From Bacilli bacterium (GTDB lineage: Bacteria; Bacillota_I; Bacilli_A; RFN20; CAG-826), in the NCBI GenBank assembly GCA_017619815.1, contig JAFZRR010000047.1, forward strand, positions 9,074 through 73,073: a stretch of DNA of 64,000 nt, written 5' to 3'. Made by a program: the position numbers and the translations under genes. Below the pieces are notes generated by a model, which saw only the letters and a program-made list of their open reading frames with translations, had not been told where the DNA came from and ran no database searches. Within the stretch, counting starts at the first letter, position 1. Every line of letters begins with the position of its first letter. Below are positions 12,231-22,069 of the stretch, piece by piece.

Positions 12231-13879
12231 TATTGTGGATTGAATGATGATTTTAATGGACAAGTTCTATTAAAGATTAAGTGTTCTTTGGTGGATTCTT
12301 TGTCTGTGCAGAAGTAACCGTTTCTAATGAATTGGAATCTATCTAATGGTTTTGTATTAGCTAAAGAAGCTTCGACATAACCATATTCTTTAATCCAAGA
12401 ATTTGGATTTAATCTTTCGATGAAATCTTTACCTTTGGTTTCTTCTGTTTCGTCCCACACTAATGGTTCATAGATATTGAATTGAGCTGGTAAGGCAGTA
12501 GTGGCTTCCACGTAGTGGATTGTGCCATTTGGTTTTCTGCCTTCGAAACCGGAGCCAGATTTTGTTTCTGGATCATATGTGCAGTGGAGTTCGATAATGT
12601 TGCCGTTTTCATCTTTCTTCACGCTTTCGCATTTAATGAAGTAGGCGTGCATTAATCTCACTTCATCACCTAATGATAATCTCTTCCATTTACGGTTTGG
12701 TTTTTCTTCAATGAAGTCTTCTTGTTCAATATAGAGATATTTGCCAAAGGCAATTTGTCTTGTTCCTAAGGCTTCGTTTTCCATATTATTAGAAGCTTCG
12801 ACATATTCGATTTGTCCTTCTGGATAATTATCGATAACAACCTTTAATGGATGGATAACCGCCATTGGACGTGGAGCGATTAACTTTTGTTCTTCTCTTA
12901 AGAAGTAATCCAAGTTATCTGCATTAGTTGTGGAGTTAATACGTGATAAACCGGTATAGATAATAAAGTTTTTAATACTATCTGCGGTGAAACCTTTTCT
13001 CTTTAAACCAACTAATGTTGGCATACGTGGATCGTCATATCCTGTGACATAACCCCCTTCAACGAGTTGACGGAGATATCTCTTGGACATAACTGTATTT
13101 GTGATGTTAAGTCTTCCCCATTCATATTGATGTGGAACGTGTTCCATTTCACATTTTTCAACGAACCAATCATATAAGATTCTGTGGTTATCATATTCTA
13201 ATGAACACATAGAATGTGTCACGCCTTCAAAGGCGTCTTGTAATGGATGAGCGAAGTCATACATTGGATAGATACACCATTTGGTTCCTTGACGGTGGTG
13301 GGCAACATGTAAGATACGATACATGACTGGGTCACGCATATTGATATTTGGGTGAGACATATCGATTTTTGCTCTTAATGTCTTTTCACCATTCGCGTAC
13401 TTGCCTGCGCGCATTTCTTCAAATAATTTGAGGTTTTCTTCGATACTTCTATTACGGCATGGAGATTCTTTACCTGGTTCGGTTAATGTACCACGATAAG
13501 CGGTCATTTCTTCTGGAGATAAATCATCGACATAAGCTAAACCTTTCTTAATTAAGAGGATGGCTCTTTCATATGTCTTTTCGAAATAATCACTGCCGAA
13601 GAAAACGTTCTTTGGTTCATAACCCAACCATTTTAAGTCTTCGATAATAGCATCAACGTATTCAGCACCTTCGTTAATTGGGTTAGTGTCATCAAATCTT
13701 AAATTGGTATAACCACCAAAGCATTTCGCAAGTTCAAAGTCATTGACGATTGCTCTAGCGTGGCCAATATGTAAATAAGCATTTGGTTCTGGAGGGAATC
13801 TGGTAACGATTTCCTTAACACGGCCTTCTTCAAGGTCTTTCTCCATAATGGTTTTAATAAAGTTATTAATCTCTTCCAT
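12230..13879 (-). CDS. glnS: glutaminyl-tRNA synthetase
   Basis: TRFPPEPNAYLHIGHARA (HIGH), NLRFDDTNP, VMSKR (KMSKS). Collinear with E. coli GlnRS from NFI..I...DL onward. Start moved to ATG 13879 (GAGG RBS 8 nt upstream) rather than 13927. Confidence 0.9.
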   Translation of the reverse strand: MEEINNFIKTIMEKDLEEGRVKEIVTRFPPEPNAYLHIGHARAIVNDFELAKCFGGYTNLRFDDTNPINEGAEYVDAIIEDLKWLGYEPKNVFFGSDYFEKTYERAILLIKKGLAYVDDLSPEEMTAYRGTLTEPGKESPCRNRSIEENLKLFEEMRAGKYANGEKTLRAKIDMSHPNINMRDPVMYRILHVAHHRQGTKWCIYPMYDFAHPLQDAFEGVTHSMCSLEYDNHRILYDWFVEKCEMEHVPHQYEWGRLNITNTVMSKRYLRQLVEGGYVTGYDDPRMPTLVGLKRKGFTADSIKNFIIYTGLSRINSTTNADNLDYFLREEQKLIAPRPMAVIHPLKVVIDNYPEGQIEYVEASNNMENEALGTRQIAFGKYLYIEQEDFIEEKPNRKWKRLSLGDEVRLMHAYFIKCESVKKDENGNIIELHCTYDPETKSGSGFEGRKPNGTIHYVEATTALPAQFNIYEPLVWDETEETKGKDFIERLNPNSWIKEYGYVEASLANTKPLDRFQFIRNGYFCTDKESTKEHLIFNRTCPLKSSFNPQ

Positions 13880-13931
13880 AAAAGGTACCTCGGTGAATAT
13901 TTTATAGAATACATTTTTATCATTCAATAAA

Positions 13932-14897
13932 ATGATTCAAAATGTACGAAAGCAAATAAATAAATGCTATCATATTGCTGTTATGGGAATTGTGACAAGT
14001 ATCTTTAAAAAGAGAATGCTACATCGGTATGACAAAGATGGTTATACCCCTTATTTATCCAGCGATGATTTCGCTGGATTAAATAAAGAAACACACACCT
14101 TTATTAATTCATTAGGAGTAGAGATTTCTTATTTCTACTACTATTACGATAAATACAATCCAAACCTTATCATCTTGTTCTTACATGGATTAGGTCCTGG
14201 ACATACTGCATATATTAGAGAAATTGAAACACTCGCCATGATGGGATATAAAGTTTTAACTTTAGACTACATGGGATGCGACTCGTCTAAGGGTGATAAA
14301 TTGCCTTCTTTAAATGAGCCAACAAGAGATGTTGATGATCTACTTAGCTTATTGGAGATTAAAGAAGAAGTCGTTGTTATTGGTCATTCCTTAGGAGCGT
14401 ATACCACACTCAATATCATGAACATTCGTGACGAACTAAAGAAAGCGGTAGTGATATCTGGATTTCCAAGACCAGATATAGTTCTTAATGCTTTATTAGG
14501 CACCAAAATTTTTTCCGGTTCTATTGCGAGATATGAGAAAAAGATTGAACCAAAGTATTTTCCAATCGATAACTATGAATATGTGAAAAACACCAAAGAT
14601 AAGCTCATGTTCATCCATAGCAAAGATGATCCAGTGGTGAATTATGCCGCAGCGATGAAACCAGTGTTTGAGGCAAATAATCCAAACATCCAAGTTGTCA
14701 CTGTGGATGGAAGAGGGCATAACCCAAACTACTCAGATGAAGCCGCAAAAATGGTCACTGAAGTTTTTGCAAAATATTACAAATTAAAGAAAGATGAAGA
14801 TAAGAAAAAACTCATGGAAAATCTTGATCCTTGGAAAATAACAGAACAAGATCCTGAGGTATTTAGAAAGATAAAAGAATTTATTGAAGAGTCCTGA
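13932..14897 (+). CDS. alpha/beta hydrolase
   Basis: HGLGPGH oxyanion region, GHSLGAY nucleophile elbow, C-terminal DGRGHNP. Start uncertain: alternative ATGs at 13983 and 14016, none with a clear SD. Confidence 0.65.
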   Translation: MIQNVRKQINKCYHIAVMGIVTSIFKKRMLHRYDKDGYTPYLSSDDFAGLNKETHTFINSLGVEISYFYYYYDKYNPNLIILFLHGLGPGHTAYIREIETLAMMGYKVLTLDYMGCDSSKGDKLPSLNEPTRDVDDLLSLLEIKEEVVVIGHSLGAYTTLNIMNIRDELKKAVVISGFPRPDIVLNALLGTKIFSGSIARYEKKIEPKYFPIDNYEYVKNTKDKLMFIHSKDDPVVNYAAAMKPVFEANNPNIQVVTVDGRGHNPNYSDEAAKMVTEVFAKYYKLKKDEDKKKLMENLDPWKITEQDPEVFRKIKEFIEES

Positions 14898-14972
14898 TAA
14901 AAAAGGACTTTTCTTTTTATAAACAAAGTGTAGAATATAGTTAAATCATACTAAAAAGGTAGGAAATAAAAT

Positions 14973-15899
14973 ATGTTAGTCAAAAACTTAATTGAATTAG
15001 TCGGCAACACTCCACTTATGGAATTAGCCAAGGTTGAAGAAAAATACGCATTAAAAGGCAAAATCTTCGCAAAAATCGAATATTTTAACCCAGCAGGCTC
15101 TGTTAAAGACCGTATCGCAATGCAAATGATTCTTGATGCAGAAGCAGAAGGAAAACTCAAAAAAGGCGCGACAATTATTGAACCAACAAGCGGTAATACA
15201 GGTATTGGTTTATCCGCAATTGGTGTGGCAAGAGGATATAGAGTTATCATCGTTATGCCTGAATCAATGTCTTTAGAAAGAAGAAAATTAGTTCAAGCGT
15301 ATGGCGCGGAATTAGTCCTTACTGAAGCGGCTTTAGGTATGAAAGGCGCCATCGCAAAAGCTAATGAATTATTGAATGAAATTGAAGGTTCAGTTATTCT
15401 TGGCCAATTCGATAATCCTAGCAATCCAAAAGTTCACTATTTAACAACTGGTCCAGAAATTTATAAAGATCTTAATGGTAAGGTTGATGCCTTTGTATCT
15501 GGCGTTGGAACTGGTGGCACAATCAGTGGTGTTGGTAAATATCTCAAAGAACAAAATAAGGACGTTAAAGTTATCGCAGTTGAACCAGATGCTTCTGCAG
15601 TTTTATCCGGGGAAAAACCTGGTCCACATATGATTCAAGGTATTGGCGCAGGCTTTATTCCAAATACACTCAACACCAAAATATATGATGAAATTATTAG
15701 AGTTCCAAATGAACAAGCTTTAGAATTTGGCAAAATGATTTCACGTACAGAAGGTATCTTGGTCGGTATTTCTTCTGGTGCTGCTTTATTTGCAGGTGTT
15801 CAATTAGCACAAAGAAAAGAATTCGAAGGCAAAAATATTGTTGTCTTATTGCCAGACAATGGTGATAGATACTTAACTACAAAATTATTTGAGGAATAA
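14973..15899 (+). CDS. cysK: cysteine synthase A (O-acetylserine sulfhydrylase)
   Basis: PLP lysine motif GSVKDR, TSGNTGIGLS, GTGGTISG. 308 aa. Confidence 0.9.
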   Translation: MLVKNLIELVGNTPLMELAKVEEKYALKGKIFAKIEYFNPAGSVKDRIAMQMILDAEAEGKLKKGATIIEPTSGNTGIGLSAIGVARGYRVIIVMPESMSLERRKLVQAYGAELVLTEAALGMKGAIAKANELLNEIEGSVILGQFDNPSNPKVHYLTTGPEIYKDLNGKVDAFVSGVGTGGTISGVGKYLKEQNKDVKVIAVEPDASAVLSGEKPGPHMIQGIGAGFIPNTLNTKIYDEIIRVPNEQALEFGKMISRTEGILVGISSGAALFAGVQLAQRKEFEGKNIVVLLPDNGDRYLTTKLFEE

Positions 15900-15901
15900 C
15901 C

Positions 15902-16336
15902 ATGAAGATTTCTACAAGAGGTAGATACGGTTTAAGAATGATGATTGATATCGCCGAACATTTCGACGATGGGCCAATCTCTTTGGAAGCTATTGCGGAA
16001 AGACAAGGCATCTCTTTTAAGTATGCTGAGTCAATTATGAGATCACTTGTTAAAGCGAATCTTGTAAAGAGCAGTAGAGGCAAAACCGGTGGTTATTGCT
16101 TAAGCAAAAAAACAAACAAATATACTTTAGAAGAAATATTAACTGCAACGGAAGGCGACCTCTATCCTATCGATTGTCTTTCCTGCACTAAACCCGTTTG
16201 CCCAAAGCAAGATAAGTGTAAAGCTAGAAAGATGTGGGCGGACTATTACCGCATCATAAAAGACTATTTTTCTAGTATTTCACTATCTTCTTTGGTGGGC
16301 AATTCATCTTTCTATGAAGATGGACTCGGTATTTAG
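15902..16336 (+). CDS. Rrf2-family transcriptional regulator (CymR/IscR-like)
   Basis: MKISTRGRYGLRMMIDIA wHTH N-terminus, three Cys in the C-terminal half, immediately downstream of cysK. Confidence 0.8.
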   Translation: MKISTRGRYGLRMMIDIAEHFDDGPISLEAIAERQGISFKYAESIMRSLVKANLVKSSRGKTGGYCLSKKTNKYTLEEILTATEGDLYPIDCLSCTKPVCPKQDKCKARKMWADYYRIIKDYFSSISLSSLVGNSSFYEDGLGI

Positions 16337-16351
16337 TGTATTATAGTTAAT

Positions 16352-17491
16352 ATGAACATAATCACTTACGTAAGAACATTTGGACATAAATCATTCAGCG
16401 AATTGCCATTCAATAATGTGGATGGTCTTATTTTGTCACAAATGAGTTATATTAATTTCCATTTAATCTCGGCGGAATCAGGATTTATTAAGTTTAAATC
16501 ACTAAAGAACCATCCAATGCTAAACAACAAAGATTTGTACTTTGGAAGTGTTGACGCAAAGGACAATGAAAAGATATTTAAACTCTTAATTAAGTCTCGT
16601 CGTTATAGAAACATACAGTTTGGATATCCAAAAGCAGACTTTGATGAGAAAACTCATAAACAGTTTTACGCTGTGACATTTTTGATGCCTCACAACATTG
16701 GTTTTATTTCTTTCCGTGGAACAGATATAACGATGGTGGGGTGGAGAGAAGACTTTTATATTGCCTACCGCGATACCATTCCTGGACAAGAAGATGCAGT
16801 GGAATATGTAAAAACGGTCACAAAATTATTCCAAGGCAATTTCTATGTTGGTGGACATAGTAAAGGTGGCAATTTATCCATCTATGCTTGCTTAAATATG
16901 TATAAGAAATTATGTCCAAGACTTATTAAAGTTTTCTCATATGATGGTCCTGGATTTAAGACTTCAATTAGAGAACACTCACATTACGAATTAATTAAAC
17001 CTAAAGTTGTGAAATTCTTAACTTCAAACGATATGATTGGCGTTATTTATAACAACGTTGAAAATGCAAAAGTTGTTTATTCTAATGGTATCCTTTTAGG
17101 TGGTCACGATCCATTTAGATGGATGGTTGATTTTAGCAAAATAGACTTTGTCTACGCGAAAGATAGAAGCTTCATGTCAAAGAAATATGAAGAAGCTTTA
17201 ATGGCGTGGCTAAACACTGTTGATGAAGAAGATAAAAGACTTGCGGTGCATGTCATTTTTGAGATGCTCGGTGATTCTAAAAACGTCTATGACTTATTGC
17301 TTAAAAGTGGACGTTTAATCATAAACGGTAAAAAGACTTGGGATGAATATACACCACAACAAAGAATGAAAGCTCGAGAAACGTTTAAGATTCTCGGTAA
17401 ATATTTCCTATCTGCGTACTCTCCAAAGAGATTTTTGATTGAGAAATTTGCTCCTAAAAAAGAAGTGGACGAACCTAAGAAACTAACCTAA
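16352..17491 (+). CDS. alpha/beta-fold lipase-like protein (DUF2974 / Mbeg1-like)
   Basis: FRGTD...W.ED then GHSKGGNL nucleophile elbow. Family recalled from memory. Confidence 0.5.
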   Translation: MNIITYVRTFGHKSFSELPFNNVDGLILSQMSYINFHLISAESGFIKFKSLKNHPMLNNKDLYFGSVDAKDNEKIFKLLIKSRRYRNIQFGYPKADFDEKTHKQFYAVTFLMPHNIGFISFRGTDITMVGWREDFYIAYRDTIPGQEDAVEYVKTVTKLFQGNFYVGGHSKGGNLSIYACLNMYKKLCPRLIKVFSYDGPGFKTSIREHSHYELIKPKVVKFLTSNDMIGVIYNNVENAKVVYSNGILLGGHDPFRWMVDFSKIDFVYAKDRSFMSKKYEEALMAWLNTVDEEDKRLAVHVIFEMLGDSKNVYDLLLKSGRLIINGKKTWDEYTPQQRMKARETFKILGKYFLSAYSPKRFLIEKFAPKKEVDEPKKLT

Positions 17492-17542
17492 TTAACTATT
17501 TTGACTTACAAAATAGGCAAAAAAATGAGATAATGTTTGTGT

Positions 17543-18025
17543 ATGAACGATTATAAAATTGGGCAACAAGTCATACACTGCAGAGATGGTTTGGCCGTAG
17601 TTGTTGGAAGCACCAACATGGCGGACAAAGATTATTACATCGTCAAAACCGTTCGTGGAAGCGGTGAAAATATTTATGTACCTGTTGATCGCGCAGACCA
17701 AATCATTCGTTTTTTGATGTCGTCTGAAGAAGCCGATAAACTTATCGCATACATTAAAACCATTCCTTTGGAATTTAATCCAAATACCAAACAAAGAAGA
17801 GACGCTATTAAAAAACGACTCCTATCTGGAGACGTTAAGGATAGTGCATATTTATTTAAACAATTATTCTTCTTTAAGGCTCAAAACGATGGCTCAATTA
17901 AGTTTGGCGCTTTAGATATCGATATGTTATCTTTCGCAAGCAATAACTTATTAGATGAATTTGCGATTTCTTATAATAAGAATCGTGATGAGATTGAAGA
18001 GTTTGTCTTTGCTAAACTTAAATAA
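17543..18025 (+). CDS. CarD/CdnL-family RNA-polymerase-binding transcription factor-like protein
   Basis: N-terminal YKIGQQVIH..G.AVV...YY.V...I.VPVD Tudor-like pattern, then a helical C-terminal half. ATG 17543 preferred over TTG 17537. Confidence 0.55.
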   Translation: MNDYKIGQQVIHCRDGLAVVVGSTNMADKDYYIVKTVRGSGENIYVPVDRADQIIRFLMSSEEADKLIAYIKTIPLEFNPNTKQRRDAIKKRLLSGDVKDSAYLFKQLFFFKAQNDGSIKFGALDIDMLSFASNNLLDEFAISYNKNRDEIEEFVFAKLK

Positions 18026-18674
18026 CTTTTCTTATATAGTTCAATAACTCTTCTGGAGTATCTACGAGGTTCGTGCAAATACACGAATTTTTTATTTCTT
18101 CCTTGGTGCGATAACCATATGTTACTAAAACATAATCAACATCACCGTTTTGCGCTGTTTCTTCATCGACATTTGTATCACCGATATAAAGAATTTCATC
18201 TTTAGAAACTTTGTAATGTTTTCTGATATTGTTGATCATATCTGGATGAGGTTTTTTATGAACACCGAAGGCATCGCCTTGGATATAGTCAAATTGTTCT
18301 GGATAGTGGATATCTAAAAGTTCTTTAGCAACATCAATAATCTTATTTGTGGCCACAGTGACGATAAATCCTTCATTACGTAGGGTTTTAACAACATCAA
18401 GCATGCCTCCGTATGCACAAGTATGAACGTTGTAGTTTCTTCCATAATATTCTTTGAATATTTCTAATGCTTGTCTATACATCTCATTGTCTAAACCACC
18501 AGGAATAGATCTTTCCATTAACTTAGCAACACCGTTTCCGATATCTTTTCTCACTTGTTCCAAAGAACGTAATGGGAAATTAAATTGTGATAAAGAAAAA
18601 TTGACCGCGGTTTGTAAATCCTTAAGCGTGTCTAAAAGAGTGCCATCTAAATCGAATATAATTACTTTTTTCAT
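18018..18674 (-). CDS. HAD-superfamily phosphatase (phosphoglycolate-phosphatase-like)
   Basis: FDLDGTLLDT motif I, T/S motif II, GDTNVDEE motif IV. ATG 18674 preferred over TTG 18692. Confidence 0.8.
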   Translation of the reverse strand: MKKVIIFDLDGTLLDTLKDLQTAVNFSLSQFNFPLRSLEQVRKDIGNGVAKLMERSIPGGLDNEMYRQALEIFKEYYGRNYNVHTCAYGGMLDVVKTLRNEGFIVTVATNKIIDVAKELLDIHYPEQFDYIQGDAFGVHKKPHPDMINNIRKHYKVSKDEILYIGDTNVDEETAQNGDVDYVLVTYGYRTKEEIKNSCICTNLVDTPEELLNYIRKVI

Positions 18675-18675
18675 A

Positions 18676-19425
18676 CTATTTGATGTTATCAATTACTTTA
18701 ATGATGTCTTCATTGAAGACTAAGTCACACATATTGTCATAATTGGTTTCTTGTTTATTGATGACAATAAGGTTTTTGCCACGGAAATATCTAATGAATC
18801 CCGCAGCTGGATAAACGGTTAGTGATGTACCCATGATAATGAGTGTTTCGCATGTCATGATTGCGGATATGGATAAGTGAATAGTGTTTTCATCAAGTTG
18901 TTCTTCATATAAAACAACATCAGGTTTCACTAAACCCTTACATTTATCGCATAGTGGAACATCTTTCGCGTTCAAAACATATTGAAGGCCAAATAATCTT
19001 CCACATCTTTCACAATAGTTTCTATGAATGGAACCATGAAGTTCATATACTTTCGTGGATCCTGCGGCTTGATGCAAACCATCAATGTTTTGAGTGACAA
19101 CTATGACGTTTTTACCTTTTTTCTCTAAATCAGCGAAGTATTTATGCGCTGCATTTGGCTTGGCGTTTGGATAACACATCTTCTCTTTATAGAATTCATA
19201 GAACATATCCGGATGTTCCATAAAGAAAGAATGTGAAATGATTTCTTCGGGACGATAATTAACTTTGGCTTTTTGGTTATAAATTCCATCTGCGCTACGG
19301 AAATCTGGAATACCACTAGGTGTGGATATGCCAGCGCCTGTAAAAACGACGATGGAGTTAGATTCATTAATTATTTCTTTTAGTACTTCGTATTTATTCA
19401 TAAAAATATTATGTCTCTTTTCCAC
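18676..19425 (-). CDS. cobB: NAD-dependent protein deacylase (Sir2/CobB family)
   Basis: GAGISTPSGIPDFRS, QNIDGLH, ELHGS catalytic His, Zn ribbon CERCG...CDKC. GTG start with GGAGA 6 nt upstream. Confidence 0.85.
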   Translation of the reverse strand: MEKRHNIFMNKYEVLKEIINESNSIVVFTGAGISTPSGIPDFRSADGIYNQKAKVNYRPEEIISHSFFMEHPDMFYEFYKEKMCYPNAKPNAAHKYFADLEKKGKNVIVVTQNIDGLHQAAGSTKVYELHGSIHRNYCERCGRLFGLQYVLNAKDVPLCDKCKGLVKPDVVLYEEQLDENTIHLSISAIMTCETLIIMGTSLTVYPAAGFIRYFRGKNLIVINKQETNYDNMCDLVFNEDIIKVIDNIK

Positions 19426-19542
19426 TTAAATCTCCATATTAAAGATATATATCTTTCTTTTTCGGTAGTATTTTTCAAACAAGTGAAGAACATTGTTCTT
19501 TCTTGTTTAATTATTCTTACACCTTTATAATGTTAAAAGTTT

Positions 19543-21618
19543 ATGGGTAAATTAAAATTTACATTATCTAATATTTGGTTCTGGGTTGCTTTAATAGCGG
19601 TCTCCTTTTTGACTGAAAATTTATCGCTTCTTACAACCAACTTCAAACAAGGATTCAATGCCGCAACATTAGGCATTCTTTCTGCTGGATGTTTGCTTTG
19701 TTTATTCTTGTACTATTTCATCAACCACAAAGAGAATAAGATCAAACTCGACTATGTCCTTTTACCAGGTATTGCTATAGTCGGCCTTTCTTTACTCTTA
19801 GGTATTTGGTTACAACAAACATCAGTGGTTCCATATGCAGATGGCAGTGATTCAATTACCGTTTCTTTCTCTAATTACGAAAAGATACGTGCCTCAATCA
19901 TATTAGTGTTATTCCTTGGTGTTGCCTATGCCTTTACCTTTATGATGAACGTCAATAGACCAGGTCATCGCATTATTATGCTTATGGCTTGTGTTGGAAT
20001 AGGCGCAGCAGTGGTGAGTGTTATTTACTCTTTAGCCACAGAAATGAATGTTTATATCGCTATCTTCAAAGGTGACGAAGTCCGTAACTTATCCATCGAT
20101 TCTTTCTACGGTAATAAAAATTATTACGGTGGCATTTTGTTCATCGGAATCCTAACTTGTTTTATTGCTAACTACTATAGGCCAAGACTTCACTGGTACA
20201 TCTTAATATGCGCGTTATACGTTATTTTGGTGTCCACTGCAGCGGTGCTCCCATCACTTATTTGTACCATCGCAGTACCTGTTTATCTTTTAGAAGAAAT
20301 CGTACGTTTTGGCTTAAAACACAAATGGAAATACTTCGTTTTTGCAATTATTGCCCTAATGTTATTATTTGCCTTAATCATTTTGTTCTACTGGGGTACA
20401 ACACATTCTTGGAAAGGCTTTATCGGTTTAGATACTTATATTTCACAAACATTCCAAGCCAAAGACTTCTTAACATATTCCGGAAGAACACAAATCTGGC
20501 AAACAGTCATACCATTATGCTTTGATAGCCCAATACATATGATATTTGGCCACGGCTTTATGCTATCTGAAAAACTATTAGTCGCTGTTACTGGCGCAAT
20601 GTATAACAGAGCGGATGGTGTGAAGACCACACACAATGGTTATTTAGAAATTATGTTCGATTACGGAGCGATTGGATTAATCGTTCACGTTTTACTCGTT
20701 TGTTACTTTATCTACTGTGCTATTAGGCTATTAATGGAAAAACGTATTCATTTCGTCTTCGTTTATTCCTTTGTTGTTTTATGCTGTGCAGCATTTAATT
20801 TCTGTGAGTCCAGTTCCTTCTTTGATATCGGTGTCAAAGAGATTTATATGACTATGGTGTTTATGATGCCGGTTATCGCGGAATACAAGATGAGTCGTCA
20901 TCCAGAAAAAATTGAAGAACTTAAAAATCTTCCTGTGGAAAGAAAGACTATGAAACCAGTGAGAGTTGGTCAATGGATTGCTCTTATTATGATGTCTTTC
21001 TTAATTGTCGCTGTTGCGTCATTAACATTTACTACAGTTTATACAGTTCCATTTGTGAAGAATTTAATTCTTAACATTGTTATTGGATTAGCCATTTCCA
21101 TTTTATTTATCCCTTATTTAGTTACCCTTTACTTCAAAGGGGACAAGATGAATTTTATTGTTCACGCTGTATTTAATGGTTTGTTAATCCCAGCGTTTAT
21201 GGTTGTTTTATATATTCTTTTAAGAGGCGAAGCTTCCACGAAAGCAATGATTCCATATTTGTTACCAGGATTATACGTTCTCATATTAACTCTTGAGGTC
21301 GTTTCCTATTCATTAATTAAAAACGGCTCATTTAAAGAATGGAAAAACGTCGTTCTTAAAGGATGCTTCTCCATTAATAGATACGCCCTTGTTGGTGGTT
21401 TCCTATTCACATTAATACCTGGTCTTATTTTAGAAACAATGGGCTATATGAATTTCTATATTTACATCGTTTGTGTGATTATTGGTCTTATCGGTTATTA
21501 CGCCGTTTTCCACTTCTTGCCTACAAAAGATGGTAAAGAATTACTTAATGACGCTAACGAACTAGCGGTTTGGAATATTAAACGCATTGCGTTAAAGGAT
21601 GAGAAATACTATGGATAA
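19543..21618 (+). CDS. O-antigen ligase/polymerase (Wzy_C)-like polytopic membrane protein with an extra C-terminal multi-TM module
   Basis: 691 aa. THNGYLEIMFDYGAIGL region typical of O-antigen-ligase-family loops. About 6 further TM helices after a cytoplasmic linker (MSRHPEKIEELKNLP...). Confidence 0.55.
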   Translation: MGKLKFTLSNIWFWVALIAVSFLTENLSLLTTNFKQGFNAATLGILSAGCLLCLFLYYFINHKENKIKLDYVLLPGIAIVGLSLLLGIWLQQTSVVPYADGSDSITVSFSNYEKIRASIILVLFLGVAYAFTFMMNVNRPGHRIIMLMACVGIGAAVVSVIYSLATEMNVYIAIFKGDEVRNLSIDSFYGNKNYYGGILFIGILTCFIANYYRPRLHWYILICALYVILVSTAAVLPSLICTIAVPVYLLEEIVRFGLKHKWKYFVFAIIALMLLFALIILFYWGTTHSWKGFIGLDTYISQTFQAKDFLTYSGRTQIWQTVIPLCFDSPIHMIFGHGFMLSEKLLVAVTGAMYNRADGVKTTHNGYLEIMFDYGAIGLIVHVLLVCYFIYCAIRLLMEKRIHFVFVYSFVVLCCAAFNFCESSSFFDIGVKEIYMTMVFMMPVIAEYKMSRHPEKIEELKNLPVERKTMKPVRVGQWIALIMMSFLIVAVASLTFTTVYTVPFVKNLILNIVIGLAISILFIPYLVTLYFKGDKMNFIVHAVFNGLLIPAFMVVLYILLRGEASTKAMIPYLLPGLYVLILTLEVVSYSLIKNGSFKEWKNVVLKGCFSINRYALVGGFLFTLIPGLILETMGYMNFYIYIVCVIIGLIGYYAVFHFLPTKDGKELLNDANELAVWNIKRIALKDEKYYG

Positions 21619-22069
21619 AAACGTTGGTATTAAAGTAATCGCTAGTAATAAGAAAGCACACTTTAATTATTTCCTTTCTGATTTCACAGAATGTGGAATT
21701 GTCCTTAAAGGAACGGAAATAAAATCTTTACGCGTACACTCCTGTAGCATAGGTGATGCCTACGTTATTATTCGTAATGGCGAAGCAGAAATTATTAATA
21801 TGCATATCAATCCTTACGAACAAGGAAATATCTTTAACCAAGATCCTTTGAGAAATCGTAAGCTTTTATTACATAAAAAAGAAATTAAATGGTTTATGGA
21901 CAAAGCACAAAAGAGTGGTTTTTCTATCGTCCCAACAAAGGTTTACTTTAAGAAAGGTAAATGCAAAGTGGAAATTGCTTTAGCAAAAGGTAAGAAAATC
22001 TACGATAAACGTGAAACCATAAAACAACGTGACTTAGAAAGAAATATGAGAAGTGGAGGAGATTATTAA
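21611..22069 (+). CDS. smpB: SsrA-binding protein
   Basis: IASNKKAHFNYF...GIVLKGTEIKSLR and C-terminal basic tail. ATG 21611 matches SmpB N-termini better than 21599. Confidence 0.9.
   Translation: MDKNVGIKVIASNKKAHFNYFLSDFTECGIVLKGTEIKSLRVHSCSIGDAYVIIRNGEAEIINMHINPYEQGNIFNQDPLRNRKLLLHKKEIKWFMDKAQKSGFSIVPTKVYFKKGKCKVEIALAKGKKIYDKRETIKQRDLERNMRSGGDY

Noticed and set aside
13880-13931. T-box leader for glnS
   Set aside because: Only about 50 nt lie between glnS and the divergent gene, which is too short for a T-box. No specifier or T-box consensus is visible.
18676-19425. SIR2-domain protein as a possible anti-phage defence effector (Thoeris/DSR-like)
   Set aside because: It is a short (249 aa) canonical CobB-type sirtuin with GAGIS..GIPDFRS, a catalytic His and a Zn ribbon. 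It has no extra sensor or partner domains. Its neighbour is a HAD phosphatase, not a defence partner.
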